From: Eledone cirrhosa | Lineage: Eukaryota | Length of the DNA stretch: 64,000 nt | Assembly: GCA_964016885.1 (NCBI GenBank) | Contig: OZ024741.1 | Location: 319,238,001-319,302,000 of the forward strand | Direction: 5' to 3' | Part shown: positions 1 to 13,562 of the stretch, piece after piece | Position numbering within the stretch: the first letter of the stretch is position 1 | Layout of the letters: each line of letters begins with the position of its first letter | The notes under the pieces: model-generated | Seen by the model: only the letters and a program-made list of their open reading frames with translations | Told to the model about the DNA's origin: nothing | The model's database searches: none | Translations under genes and position numbers: made by a program

Positions 1-252
1 ATATACATACACACACATATGTACACACACACATATATACACACACATATATATATTCATATGCACATACACATATGTAGTTGTCATGACAAATAGCACC
101 CAGTACTAACTGTAAATGTAGTTGGCATTAGGAAGTGCCTCCAGCTGTAGAAATCAGTCTATGAGTAAGACATGGTCACCAAATCTGGCATTTCTCACAA
201 CATAACCCATGCTAGCATGGAAAAATGGACTTTAAATGGCGATGATGATGAT

Positions 253-945
253 ACATCATCATCATCACCGTTTTACGTCCATTCTTCCACGCTAGCATGG
301 GTTAGACGGGTTGTCCTGTTGTGGGAAGTGTCCGGTCGGCTGACCTTGTCTTGCTCATACAAGAGCTGATTCTGGCTTGATTTCTACAGCTGGATGCCCT
401 TTCTAACACCAACCTCATTTACAGTGAGTGCTGGGTGCTTTTTTCCTGTGACACCTACATGTCCACTTTACAGTGTGGGCTGGGTGCTTTTTTGAGGTGG
501 CACCTCCACGACCACTTTGCAATGGGAGGGTGTGGCGGCATATTGTTTATATGCTTCAGCTTCGGCTTGTACCCATGGAGGGGCTCGGGTCTTCTTTATT
601 ACTGTGTGATGCCAGAGGTCACAGTCGTGTGTCATCGCCTTTGAGAGGTGTAATTGGGTAAGGTCGGCTTTTATCACCTTATCCCAGGTCTTCTTGGGTC
701 TCCCCACTCCGCAGTTTCCATCGACTTCTAGTGCTCTGCACCTTTTTATGCAGCTATCATCCTTCATACGCATCACATGTCCATACAAACGCAGTCGCCT
801 CTCCTGCACACAGCATTTGATTCCTCTTATGCTCAGTTGCTCTCTCTCAATTCATTTATACTTTGCCGTTTGCATATATTACTATTACACATCTATTGGA
901 GCATGCAGGCTTCGTTTCTTTCTAATCTACGCAAGTCTTCCACAG
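253..945 (-). mobile_element. RTE-clade LINE, 5'-truncated 3' fragment with 3' UTR and (GAT)n tail
   Basis: ORF 468..809 reads ERRLRLYGHVMRM...GRPKKTW, the typical RTE C-terminus. Plus-strand (CAT)n at ~255-267 is the tail. Confidence 0.85.
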
Positions 946-2774
946 ACAGATACATATATATACATATATATACAACAATATTACAGATAAGTGTTTCCAC
1001 CTAAGTTTGTTTCCTTATAACTTCCTTACTAACATATATATTTTGTGAGTGTAGATTATGATGGCATTTATCAAATGTTTTTAAATTGTCATTTCATGGA
1101 AATTGCCAAAACTTGTTGGAGGTCTTAAAACGTAGGATTACCTCTTTCTCCCCCTCTCTATCTCTATATATAGAGAGATATATACTTTACTCTGTAAAGA
1201 AATTGTGTTAGGGCCACAATAAATCACATCCAATATACCCTGTAAAGTAGTAGTACTTGTGCCATGATATAGTACATCCAGCCAAAGTGGTAGTGTTCAT
1301 ACCGCAATAAAATCCTCCAGTCCACCCTGTAATGTGGTAGTGACAGTGTCTTTATAAAATGCATCAAGTGCACTCTGTAACATGGTTGGCATTTAGACAG
1401 GTATGCATCCAGCCATAGAAACCATATCTGAAACAGAGCATATGGGCAAGATATGGTTACCTGACAAGTCTAGCCTTAGTACGTGACAGTCTGTCTAATC
1501 CATGCATGGAAAATAGACATTAAACAGTGATAATAGTGATGCTGATGATATATATATATATACGTGTGTAGGTGTATGTACGTGTGTGAGTCAATTATGT
1601 GTATCACTGACAATGTTAACTAGTTTTAATTTCTACAATACAGAAAGAAATAGATTACCAAGTCACGGCATCTCTGTTCATTGCTCTGTGTCTCTTCCTT
1701 CCTTCCTATCTTTCTCTCTCTCCCACTCTCTACCTCTCTCTCTCTCTCCCTCACTCTCTGTTTCCCTTCCTTTGCTGGAGATATTTACATGCTTATTATT
1801 TCATTCATGTCTGGTTACATGTGACAGGAAGTATAATAGATTCACTGGAGTGGAGCCGTGTGGCATTCTTCTGTATGGTTTGTCTCTTTAGGTTTCTCAG
1901 TTCAAATTCAACATGAGGTCAACAGCGTTGACTCTCATCCTGTTGTTGTTGTTTTACTAATATATATAATTGCACCAATTATTTCCAAAGGATTAACAAT
2001 TTGCAAAAAGAAAGAAATCAGAGGAAAAAAAGAAAAAGAAGAGCAAAAAAATGAGCAGACAAAATGGGAAGGGGAGAAGAAGAAAAAGATGCACACTCAT
2101 TTACATGGGGTGTAGGAGATTCCCTCTAATAAATTTTGAAGCAAACCACTTAGAGCATTGTTCTGAGTGACAGAGAGGCTGAGATGTTGGAATAGCCAAG
2201 CACCTTCATGAGCATCACCTGATATGTAGGTAGAACTGGATGAAAGAGAGCAAAAGGTGCTGGAATAACTAAGCATCCTCACTAGGAGCATCATCTGATA
2301 TGTAGGTAGCGAGGTTAAGGTGCTAGAAAAACCAGGTACCCTCATGAGCATCACCTGATATGTGTGTAAAGTGAACTGCCGACAATGACAAGAACCACTA
2401 GCTGAAGAAAATAGTTAGCTGATATGCAAACGTAGAACAGTAAATACACAGTTTTTTTCTTATAAGTGTAGGATATTTTCCACTTGATACATTTTATTGT
2501 AATTCTGTTCTGTTTGACACACACAGTCTGATTTTATAGTAACTCTACTCTGTTTTGACACACATGGTCTGATTCTAATGTCTCTTCACAGATTTAGGTA
2601 CAAACATGATTATGTAGATAAAATGTTTGCTTCACAACTACATAATTTTGGGTTCAGTCTTCTTGTTTGGCATCATGAGCAAGCGTCTTCTATTAGAGCA
2701 TGAGGCTGGCCAATGATTTGTGAATGGGATTTAGTAGATAGAATATATAGAAGTCCATTGTGTACATTATATAT

Positions 2775-4020
2775 ATCATCATCATCGTTGGATGTCTATC
2801 TTCCACGCTAGCATGGGCTTCAACGGTAATTGTCCCACTTGAGGCAAGATTGGTCGGGAGACCGTGTCTCGCTTGTATTGTCTGGCAGGTTTCCTACAGC
2901 TGGATGCCCTTCCTAACACCAACCACGTTTACAGTGTGGACTGGCTGGTTTTTACCGTGTTACCTACATGGCCACATTACAGTGTGGACTGTGTTTTTTT
3001 GTCATGACACCTACATGACCTCATTTATTTTGGACTGGATGTTGTCGTACCAACTTTACAGAGAGAGGCTGGTGTTGGTTGGGGTGGGGGGTGGAGTAGG
3101 GGTAGTGGGATGGGGATGTATATTTGGTTAAGAGGTGCTTACTGACAGTAGGTTTCACCATGTACATATGCAAGGCAGGTCTTCTGTATTACCGTGTGGC
3201 ACCAAAGATCTCGGTCCAGTGACATTATCTTGGAGAAGTGCAAGTGTGTAAGGTCGGAATTTATCAAATCATCCCAGGTTTTTCTGGGTCTACCTACTCT
3301 GCAACTTCCATCAATTTTGATTGCCCTGCACTTTTTTTCATACAGCTGTTGTCTTTCATGCGCATCACGTGACCATACCAACGTAGTCTTCTCTCGAGTA
3401 AACAGCATCTGATCCTTCTTATTCCTAATTTCTCACTTAGTTCATTTATGCTTTGCCGTTCGCGTATATTACTATTACACATCCAGCGGAGCATGCAAGC
3501 TTCGTTCCTCTCCAGTCTGCGTATATCCTCTGCACACAATACCCAAGTCTCACTGCCATGTAACATTGTTGTTCGTATGCACGCATTGTACAATCTGCCT
3601 TTCATTTTTAGAGAGAAACCTTTAGCGGCCAATAGTGGTATAAACTCTCTGAACTTTTTCCATGCCATTCTGACTCTGGCTACTGTACTTTCAGAGCACT
3701 CTCCACCACTGCTGATATTGTCACCCAGGTAACGGAAGGTGTACACTATTTCCATAGAACCATCTGGGCAATAGAAGGAGCTAGTATCCTGTGGGCACTT
3801 GCTGCTACTTAGTGCACCTGAGCACTGGCCACATATAAAATCTACGGACTTAGATAGCTTACCTGTGATCCCACTACATCTTTTATGTACCCATAGTTTG
3901 CATTTGGGACATAAAATGGAATTTCTGCCTACTCCTTTCCTACATACTGAGCATGGCCATTTCCCAGAGGGGACCTGTGCCCTATTTTCCTTTCTACATA
4001 CTAGAACTTTAGTCTTAGAC
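2775..4020 (-). mobile_element. RTE-clade LINE 3' fragment (RT C-terminal part with PHD-like Cys/His insert)
   Basis: ORF 3294..4079: GLKVNLSKTK, CSVC...CPKCKLWVHKRC...CGQC, FRYLG, LHGSETW, RRLRWYGHVMRM. Frameshifted GRPRKTW in ORF 3139..3408. (CAT)n tail at ~2775. Confidence 0.9.
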
Positions 4021-4967
4021 AAGTTAACTTTAAGGCCTTTTATATATATATATAAAGTAGCTGATGATAGGAAGGACATCCAGCTGTAGAAAGCTTGTCA
4101 AAAAAAAAGGGTTGACAGCCACTCTAGTACTGGAGATCTACATGACAAATGCAGTACAGCATTGCATGTAAAGTGGTTGGTGATAGGAAGGGCATTCAAC
4201 CATAGAAAGCTTACCAAACAATGGGTTCGGTGGACCCTTTAGTTGTGTCAAAGACAAGACAACTTACCTTGTGCACTAAATAAAATGCAAGACCAAAGGT
4301 AAGTGAAATGCAGACCTCCTGGCCTGTCTGGGAGGTTAGTAGCCCCACTTCAGAACTGACTTTCCTTGCTAGCAGGGAAAGCAGACCTTAAATGATGATG
4401 ATTATATATATGTGTGTGTGGAGTTGACGGCCGAGAGAAAAGAGTACTTGATACCAAAGTAGAGTTTAAAGGTTCATTTTATAAAGGCTAAATAGTTAGT
4501 CTTGTCATTCTGGAGTTTTGCCTTAATAAAATGAATTATCATCATCGTTGTTTTAATGCCTGCTTTCCCTGCTAGCAAGGGTGTGTGTGTGTGTATATAT
4601 ATACCCATGGTAGCGTGGAAGATAGACGTTAAACGATGATGATGATGATATATATATATATATATATATATATCTAATATATATTTGTGAAATGGGTGGT
4701 GGTTGAAATTCAGATGTGCACGGTTAAATGGTAGTTGACGTGGTCGGACTGACATGAAAATTTACACACCTATGTAAAAAGTGCCAAGGAAGCAAATAGA
4801 CGAGGTTTCAAATCTCTAACTTGAAAAATGTGGTCCCTGGGGCCCCAAAACTATCGCGTTCGGTGAGTTATTTCCCCCTGTTCTAATACTTTTGTCTTAT
4901 TTACAATTTCATACATATAAAGCAGTAAATAAAGGATTATGAGTTCATGCAATTGACTTATGTTTCG

Positions 4968-5009
<42 letters not shown>

Positions 5010-6269
5010 GAAAACTCTTTAATAAAAAAAAAATATCAACTGTAATGTATGTATGCATGTATTTATGTGTTTATATGAGCGGGGATATGCAAGTAAATCT
5101 TACTTTGTGGACAGCTTATCCTTAGCATAATATTCATGCTAGAACAGCATATATTTGAAAGTTTTCAGGGAGTTGAAGCTTTAGCTTTGAAAAAATGAAA
5201 TGTGCAGTGTAAACATTTTTTATTATTCCTCCGGGGATGAATCTTCTCTGCCTTTTTCCATCTCTCTCTTTCTCTCTGGAAGAAATCAGCTGTAGTAAGA
5301 CCTAAAAAATGGTTAGATACACCATGACACACCGTGCATCACGGTGGAGTTGAAAAGCAGACTCAGAACATGGCGTTGTGTGGGGGAGGCTCGCAGCCCA
5401 ATGTTCCAGGGGGAGAAAAAGAAGAAGAAGAAGTGAGCTGGAGTCCTATCAAATATGTAGGTTGTGTCTTCTTAAATTGAAGGTTTAGTAGAAACAATTC
5501 ATGTATAGTTTTGTACTTTTCTTTTTGTCATTCATATATAAATATATCTACTATATAAATTGGAAGTGGTCGGATGTTGTATATGTAGGTGTAGTCGGAT
5601 AAACGTTGAAACGGCTTGGTGGAATGCAGAGAAAATTTACACAGTTATGCAAAATGACCCGAGGAGGTGTTGGGTCGACTTTCAAGCTACAATCTTCCAT
5701 GGTTACAGAGAAAATGGATGAAACAGGAATTTCCCATTCAAATTGAACTGAGAGTAATCTGTGAACGCAGAAGTAATTATTTCGAGAAACGTTGCAACCG
5801 AACGAAAACAGGAAGACGATATTTTGGTTCGTGAAGACGTTCCCTGGCAATGAACGGGAAAAAAGCGAGGATAATACGTCGTTATGTAGAGCGTGAAGAA
5901 CAATTTCATACAAAGACAAGACCAAGTTTATGGTATAAATAGAGTCGTTAGACTAATATTCTATTTAACATAACAGAATGATTTCCAGCCCCGGAGTTTA
6001 AGAATGATGTAAATAAAATTGAAAACGAAATTGACAGAGGTTATTAAAATAGTAAAAGTAAATAGTGAAGATTATGGCCAGTACATACGTATGCCCCGAC
6101 AGAGATACACATACATACGCACACACAAATACATACACACCCACACACACGAACGCACGCGCGTATGTATAAACCTTATGCATTTCTACAGTATTTTCAC
6201 CAAACTTAAGACATAGGCTACTTATGAGCTCCGGATGGTCATGGGCACTTTCATTTTTCCAGATATTGA

Positions 6270-7030
6270 TTATAGGGCAAAATGTACAAAATGTAAGCTA
6301 TGGATACATAAGAAATGTAGTGCAGTTGTGGACAGGCTAGCAAAGAATGGAGCTTTTGTATGTGACTAATGTACAGGAGCTGTAAGCAACAAGAGCTCAA
6401 AGGAAACAAGCCCTATCAAATGCTCAGATGTCTCCCTTGAGGTAGTTGAGACAGCTTCTGCTACCAGAGGAGGCAGAATTAGAGGTGGACGTAAGTGTTC
6501 TGAAACCACAGTAGCCAGTGGGAGGTTTGGTTGGAAACATTAAGGGAGCTACTACCACTGCTAACTACAAAAGGTCTCTACCTCAGAGTGAAAGGCAGTT
6601 TGCATGAGGCTTGTGTGCAAATGACAATGCTGCATGGAAGTGAGACATGGACATTGTGTATGGAAGATTTATGGAAACTGGAATGATATGCAGTGAGCAA
6701 GCTCTGATGGATGTGTAATAGCATGAGTAACAAAGTATGAATGAGCTGAGAGAAAAAACTGGGCATAAAAAGCATCAGCTGCAGTGGGCAGGAAAGGAGA
6801 CTGTGATTGTATGGACATGTAAGATGACAGCTCTATAAAAAAATGCAGAGCGCTTGAAGTCAATGGGTCTCATCTCATGAAAATGGAAGACCTAGAAAAA
6901 CATGAGTAGATATGGTAAAGGCTGATTCCAAGCAGCTGAACCCCACAAAGGAAATGACTAAGAATTGAGTTAACTGGTGATATGCAGTCCTGCAGGAAAC
7001 TCACCTTCCCATGCAAGTGGGATGAAATGA
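6270..7030 (+). mobile_element. Degraded RTE-clade LINE fragment
   Basis: Fragmented matches to the 3294..4079 protein (KCKLWIHKKCS, MLHGSETW, GRPRKT) with stops and frameshifts. Confidence 0.75.
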
Positions 7031-7544
7031 GCATAGGGAGGAAGCCTTCCACCACCATCACCACATGTGCCAGTATGTTCATAATTCCCTCCTCCTATTC
7101 ACTTTCCCTAAACCTGAAAAAGCAGAGAAGTGCAACAACTTTCAGAACCTTGCCTGCTGGTATATTCCTGACTTCCCAGTACCCCAGCATGGCCACAGTC
7201 TTATGACTGAAACAAGTAAAACATGTAGTTTTGCAAAAATAACTGCCATTGATTTTTGTTGTTGAGAAATTAAGAATAAGAAAGTTACAATCCTTTAAAA
7301 ATAGAATGTTTAAATTAATTTTAACCATTCAAAGAATTGTAGAAAGAAAAGTGAATGTTGCTATCGGGATTGAGACACACTAAGATGACACACTGTATTA
7401 CTCCAGATGTTGACATTCAAATGATGACACACTGTATAGCTCCAGATCTTCACACAATAAGGCAACATATTGTGTTGCTCCACATATAGACACTGAGGTG
7501 ATGATACAGTGTTGCTCCAGATCTAGACACACTGAGGTGATGGC

Positions 7545-8560
7545 ACATTGTACTGTTCCAGATCTAGACACACTGTACTGCTCCAGATCTAGACACACTG
7601 TACTGCTCCAGATCTAGACACACTGTACTGCTCCAGATCTAGACACACAGTACTGCTCCATATCTAGACACACAGTACTGCTCCATATCTAGACACACAG
7701 TACTGCTCCAGATCTAGACACACTGTACTGCTCCAGATCTAGACACACTGTACTGCTCCAGATCTAGACACACTGTACTGCTCCAGATCTAGACACACTG
7801 TACTGCTCCAGATTTAGACACACTGTACTGCTCCAGATTTAGACACACTGTACTGCTCCAGATTTAGACACACTGTACTGCTCCAGATTTAGACACACTG
7901 TACTGCTCCAGATCTAGACACACTGTACTGCTCCAGATTTAGACACACTGTACTGCTCCAGATTTAGACACTGTACTGCTCCAGATTTAGACACACTGTA
8001 CTGCTCCAGATCTAGACACACTGTACTGCTCCAGATCTAGACACACTGTACTGCTCCAGATTTAGACACACTGTACTGCTCCAGATTTAGACACACTGTA
8101 CTGCTCCAGATCTAGACACACTGTACTGCTCCAGATTTAGACACACTGTACTGCTCCAGATTTAGACACACTGTACTGCTCCAGATCTAGACACACTGTA
8201 CTGCTCCAGATCTAGACACACTGTACTGCTCCAGATCTAGACACACTGTACTGCTCCAGATTTAGACACACTGTACTGCTCCAGATTTAGACACACTGTA
8301 CTGCTCCAGATTTAGACACACTGTACTGCTCCAGATCTAGACACACTGTACTGCTCCAGATCTAGACACACTGTACTGCTCCAGATTTAGACACACTGTA
8401 CTGCTCCAGATTTAGACACACTGTATTGCTCCAGACAGAGACACACTGTATTGTTCCAAATCTAGACACATTGTATTGTTTCAGATGTAGATACACTAAG
8501 GTGATAACAATTATAGCTCCAGATCTAGACACACTATATTGCTCCAGATGTAGACACTGA
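7545..8560. repeat. 25-bp minisatellite (CTCCAGATYTAGACACACTGTACTG)n with degenerate edges
   Basis: Over 30 head-to-tail units, near-identical from ~7580 to ~8430, with a C/T variant at one position. Confidence 0.95.
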
Positions 8561-8929
8561 GATGATGACATATTGATCAGCTACATGCCACACACTGTAT
8601 TTCGTGACTGAATGAAACTATCAAATGACCGACAGACAAAAGAAGACACAATGTCCTTATGATGTTTATCAAATATATTGTTGCTGTTGTAAGTTCTCAG
8701 CCATTATTGAAGAGATATTTGATCAATGACATTGCAATCATGATTATCCTGTCTATTTTTTGCTCCCACTACTTGAAGTAATTATTTCAGTCTCATACAG
8801 CAGTGGTTCTCAACCTTTTTTGCCCTAGACCCCATTTGTTATTTTATGAAATCATTCCAATTATTTTCATAGGCAGTCTGCCATTAGAAATATCGTAAGG
8901 AAAGTGTTAAAGTTATCATTATCCAGTGG

Positions 8930-9340
8930 CCTCAGCCGAAATTGACTCAACAATTGATCTCCACGTGGGTCAGTCGTTCAATACCAGAATCTCTGGAGAT
9001 GACATCAAAATAGGAGAGCTTGTACCCCCTGTTATTAGTGACTGCTTGTTGTTTCCAAAGCACTAATGGGGTCATAGACTCAGAGGTGTCACGATGGTAA
9101 TGGCCAGCAAATCTTACTCTCCTTTTACGTACAACGACATATGCATGAGTGGCTGGCATATATTTCTTTCAAAGTCAGATGTTGTCGGCTTATGTTCTGA
9201 ATGCATTGAAGCAGGCGAGTGTAGGTGCCATCAAGGCACGTTTGTTGCTTGAATGAAAGCATCCATGTTTCACTTCAATATGTAAGATGGTTGAATTGTT
9301 ACTTGGAAGAGTCTGATTTTGGTATGGTTGGAAAGATTTG
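8930..9340 (-). mobile_element. Degraded RTE/RTEX-like LINE C-terminal fragment
   Basis: ORF 8947..9159 RRVRFAGHYHR...LVLW...SYFDVISRDSG resembles the post-RT region of RTE-group LINEs. Confidence 0.55.
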
Positions 9341-9939
9341 AGTGCCAAACCCATTTATAGGCAGTCTGCCATTAGAAATATGATGATGAAAGGATTAAAG
9401 ATATAGGCAATCTGCCATTAGAAATATCATAATGAAAAGGTAAAAGATATAGGCAGCGCCTTTAATTAAAAATATGGTAAAGAAATGGTTAAATACATAT
9501 TGAACAATTGTAGTCACTTCAATTGGAACTTTGCCCTGATACTGGCAGTATATTTTTTTAAATCAAGGTGATAATTTTATAAGTTTCAACCCTTAAACTC
9601 CATTTGTTTGTACTTTCCAATTGGTTTCTCTTGGTTTAATATTAAATCATAACTTTCATACCAACATAACAGGTTTATTTTTTCAAACCAACTTAATTAT
9701 TTCTTAAAATATTTTTAAGACCCACACCCCACCTTCAGAATCACTAGTATAGTATTTAGTATTTATGAGTATAATGGAGTTTATGGTCTTTAAAAAAACA
9801 CAAGATGTTGTGCAATCTAAGCTCAATATGATGCAATCCCACACTTATGCACAAAATTGCATTCATTGCCCATAAAAACCCTAATTAGCAAAACATACCC
9901 ATTTCAAAGAACCACCTGCACTGATAGGAAATGCAGTCT

Positions 9940-10620
9940 GCAAGCTAAGCCCGCAAACTAACTGCAAAACTAGGAACGTAGTATATAGCATAAGATGTAC
10001 TGAGGGACAGTGTAGGAATAAGAACATAACATACATAGGTGAAACAGCCCATAGCATAGGAGAGAGAATAAGTGAACACTGGCAAGAACTCCAGGATGGG
10101 AAAACTCATCAGACTCCACCTACATGCCAAAATAGAATATAGGGGCACATTAGAGAACATAGAGATAAAAATTATATCCACACACAGAAAAGATGCAATG
10201 CTCAGGCAAATCATAGAGGCAACAAATATAAATGAACTCCAACCAAAATTAAACAGAAAACATGAGTGGAATAGAAACATCACTACTAGTAATTAAGGAC
10301 AAAATGAAGACATACAAAAACCAAACTAACAAAACAAATCAGACACACACAGATAGAACAAACAACCAACTAGTGATAAGTAAATAAACACATAAATAAA
10401 TAAATAAAAAAACACACTCGGATGTAATGCATGCACAAACTAAACACACAACACACAAAAACAATATGGTGTAGGACAGAACAAAGGCGAGACACAAAAT
10501 AAAAACCTAGTCATTGAGGAGGTCACAGAATGTGTGACGAAAGAGCTTTGACAATATATAAACAACTATCTGGTTATTGAACCAACCAACCAACCGGAAA
10601 TTTATAATAAATTGAAGTGA
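9940..10620 (+). mobile_element. Penelope-like element 3' remnant (GIY-YIG endonuclease plus pLTR)
   Basis: Reads RNVVYSIRCTEGQC ... TYIGETAHSIGERISEH (~9975-10080), then IIEATNINELQPKLN in ORF 10072..10296. A hammerhead motif follows downstream. Confidence 0.85.
10510..10552 (+). ncRNA. Minimal type I hammerhead ribozyme motif (core C mutated to T)
   Basis: gtca-TTGAGGA-g-gtcaca/gaatg/tgtgac-GAAA-gagc-TT-tgac. Stem I gtca/tgac and a 6-bp stem II. Confidence 0.7.
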
Positions 10621-10748
10621 AACCAACAGGTGCGTGTGTTTTTATTGGCAGCATGACCCTCCCAAAGTATAACAATATGTTTCAACACACGTTTTCAGAT
10701 AAGAAATCTTGCAAAACGAACTCAAAAACGAAGTGTGTGTGTACATAT

Positions 10749-10785
<37 letters not shown>

Positions 10786-11131
10786 ATATGAAGGACCCAC
10801 CAAACCTGGACTGTCCCAGGCCCCAAGGTCTAAATGTATGTATGTGAGTGTATGTATGTGTGTGTGTAGGATGCTACAAGATATTTTCATATTCTAGTTT
10901 TAAGATCTATTGTCAATGGTATCCTCATTGGTCTGCTGGATCAGATCTGACCTGGGGTTAAACAAAAACTGTTTCATGTAACCACAATTATACGAGGCCG
11001 TCACTCTGTTCAGTTAAGCGATCAGTTAATTTTACCTGAAATTCAATCACACTATCTTTAACCCTATTGGTACCCCACTCACCAAAACCGCCACTGTTTC
11101 TACGATACAAAACTTTGTTTTAAAGTGTTTA

Positions 11132-11755
11132 TCTATATATCTAAAACAGAGAATGTCTTTCTGTCTCCCTAAAACTCGAAACCCACCCAACCGATCTTTT
11201 CAAACTTTACACATGTAATACTTATGGTTGTGTGAGTGTTTTGAGCAAAAAATATTTCAAATTTTCAATGGCCTAGGGACCGCATTAGTAGCCGGTTAGC
11301 GATCTCTCTCTCTCTCTCTCTCTCTTAGTCTGTCTTTTAGATATATACATAGCTACAACGTCGCGCCCTAATAATATCTGTCTGTATGTCTGCATTACGA
11401 CATTATGAAAACACTGACTTCGCTATGTGTGTGTGTATATATGTATATATATAGTGTGTATATATGTATATAATGTGTAACGTTTTTCGAAATATTTACT
11501 TCTGCGTTCACAGATTGATTTTTTTAGTTTCAGACGATCCTGTTAAGGGTGAAAGCAGCGATTCTTTGCTTAAACTTTAATCTGTTATTTTAATATATAC
11601 TAGCAGAATGGCCCGGCGAATTTTTTTTATAAGCACAAAATGTAGACACCATCCCCAGGCCGAGGTATTCCATACTTCTCTATACTGTTTCAGAAAGGAG
11701 GGATAAACATGCCAATCTGTTTAGAATCCCGAGCAACGCCGGGCCATTCTGCTAG
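11132..11755 (+). mobile_element. Non-autonomous Helitron
   Basis: A|TC 5' end, 3' hairpin cccgagcaacgccggg followed by CTAG|T. 5' region is similar to the Helitron at 19485-20190. Confidence 0.85.
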
Positions 11756-12529
11756 TGTTTATCTAAAACCCTTCTATCATAATTTTATGTAAGAACCTTT
11801 GCTAAGTTATGTTCAAAACACCATCTTATCGATGGGAAATTTAGTTATATTACAAAATCTTTTTCAAATTTTTGTCTATTTTCATAATTATTTGAAATAT
11901 AGTATAAAAGGGGAGGGGGTAAAATAAAGGACACATTGAATACTGTAGTCCTAGATACACTATCATGGTGAGAAGATGAGGTGGTAATGACAGGAAAGCA
12001 TGCGATAATCGGAGTGTGCAGTGCAAGGCTGACCTGGAGCAATACAACAACGACAAGCAGCATACGAACCAATAAGACAGATGCCACGTGGTTGCTTGAT
12101 ATACAAAAATAACAGTCAAATCACACTCTTGCATTTTTTTTTAAGGGCCTATTGTAGAATGTAGCGGTCCTCAACCTGAGGTCTGCAAAGTTTCAAATAT
12201 TTTGTTATAGATATAATATATAATATACACACACACTGTTAGATACCCGCACTACTCTATAAATACTTCTCTCTTCTGATTGTTATTCTCATCCTATAAC
12301 AATTCCAAATACTTCGTTATAGACATAATATACATACACACACAATTAGATATCCATTATACTCTATAAACATTTCTCTTGTGATTGTTATGCTCACTCT
12401 ATAACTGTATAACAATTTCTAGTATTTTGTTATAAACATAATATACATACGCTATTGGGTATCCAATTCTTCTTTAAGTTTAAATATTTCGGTAAAATTA
12501 TAGCCCCCCCCCCCTCCCCCTCCCCCCGA

Positions 12530-13047
12530 TCTCAGTGAGAAAATTATTTTTCCTCGTTTTTTTTTTTTAACTTTGCATAATATCAGCGAATCTGACTTCC
12601 AAGATGCTCACAATCGACTTTTTTTTCCTGGAAAACGGAAATCCTAACCCTAATCCATGAAAAAAAAAGTCGATTGTGAACATCTTAGTGGACAGATTAG
12701 TTGATAGCACACACACAGACAAAAAAAAATGAAGTAAAATAATTATTTCCAACCAAACACGAATGGAGGGGGGGGGGGTATAGATATGCGAAACTCCGAT
12801 GGTTTTTCCACACCCTTTCCCTCTCCTTTATCTACAAAGCTAGTCATTTCCAACTGATTTGGATGTCATATTCGTTGATAACGCGCGCAGAGTGTACTCC
12901 GAGGAAGGGCACAACCACCCCACCCACTCCATTCTCCTGGAAAAAAAAGTCGATTGCGAGCATCTTGAAAGTCAACTTATTTGATAACACACGGAGAAAA
13001 AAAAAAAACCCAAACCCCCCAGGAAAATATGTTTTCTCACAATGAAA
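12530..13047. mobile_element. Non-autonomous element with long imperfect inverted repeats
   Basis: aagatgctcacaatcgacttttttttcc (~12601) is inverted at ~12660 and ~12940. Outer gtgagaaaa..tttcct / aggaaaa..ttttctcac also match. Confidence 0.5.
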
Positions 13048-13084
13048 TCGAAGTGGGTGTTGTATAATAATAATTGCTTCTATT

Positions 13085-13240
13085 TTTGGCACAAGTGTAT
13101 TACTGGTACTTTATTTTATCGACCCCGTAAGGATGAAAGGCAAAGTTAACCTCGGCGGGATTTGAACTCAGACCGTAAAGGGACGTAACTCTATGCTACA
13201 AAGCTTGGCATCCAATCCTCTACCGATACTGCCAATGCAC
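13085..13240 (-). mobile_element. tRNA-derived SINE
   Basis: Same family at 16420-16570 (-), 38018-38205 (+), 42010-42085 (-), 57135-57280 (-), 60605-60814 (+). B-box-like gagttcaaatccc and shared ctttgcctttcatcc...ggggtcgataaaat body. Confidence 0.75.
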
Positions 13241-13562
13241 CGTTCTATAACAATACCAATATTTCTCTTTTGATGGTTATTAAAACAATTTGGGAGGGGA
13301 ATAATTGTAGTTGCATGGGGTGGGTTCGTATGGAAATTCATTTAATTAAAAGGGTCATTTGTAGTGAAAAGGTCGGTAACCACTTACCCGTTAGATAATG
13401 TAATCCTTAATATATGAAAAGAACAGTAAATACATAAACAAAAAAAGGTGGGAGGTCACGCCTAGAACGCCTGTTGATTATATGTCTGTTTGGAGTAGAG
13501 CTAGGATTAAACAACAACAAAAGATACACCAACTCCATAACAAAAAAACAACAAAAACATAC

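Noticed and set aside
2097-2401. Possible downstream exon of the 13.6-kb gene
   Set aside because: Acceptor and phase fit, but the sequence has a triplicated internal repeat and no recognisable protein. Not called.
5551-5925. ORFs in a non-repetitive-looking stretch
   Set aside because: No recognisable motif. It shares a short segment with the Helitron interior, so it is probably TE-derived.
7545-8560. CRISPR-like regular array
   Set aside because: Units are contiguous with no unique spacers, there are no cas genes, and the context is eukaryotic.
11845-12087. Short ORF with a signal-peptide-like segment
   Set aside because: GTG start, runs into repeat-derived sequence, no clear splice support.
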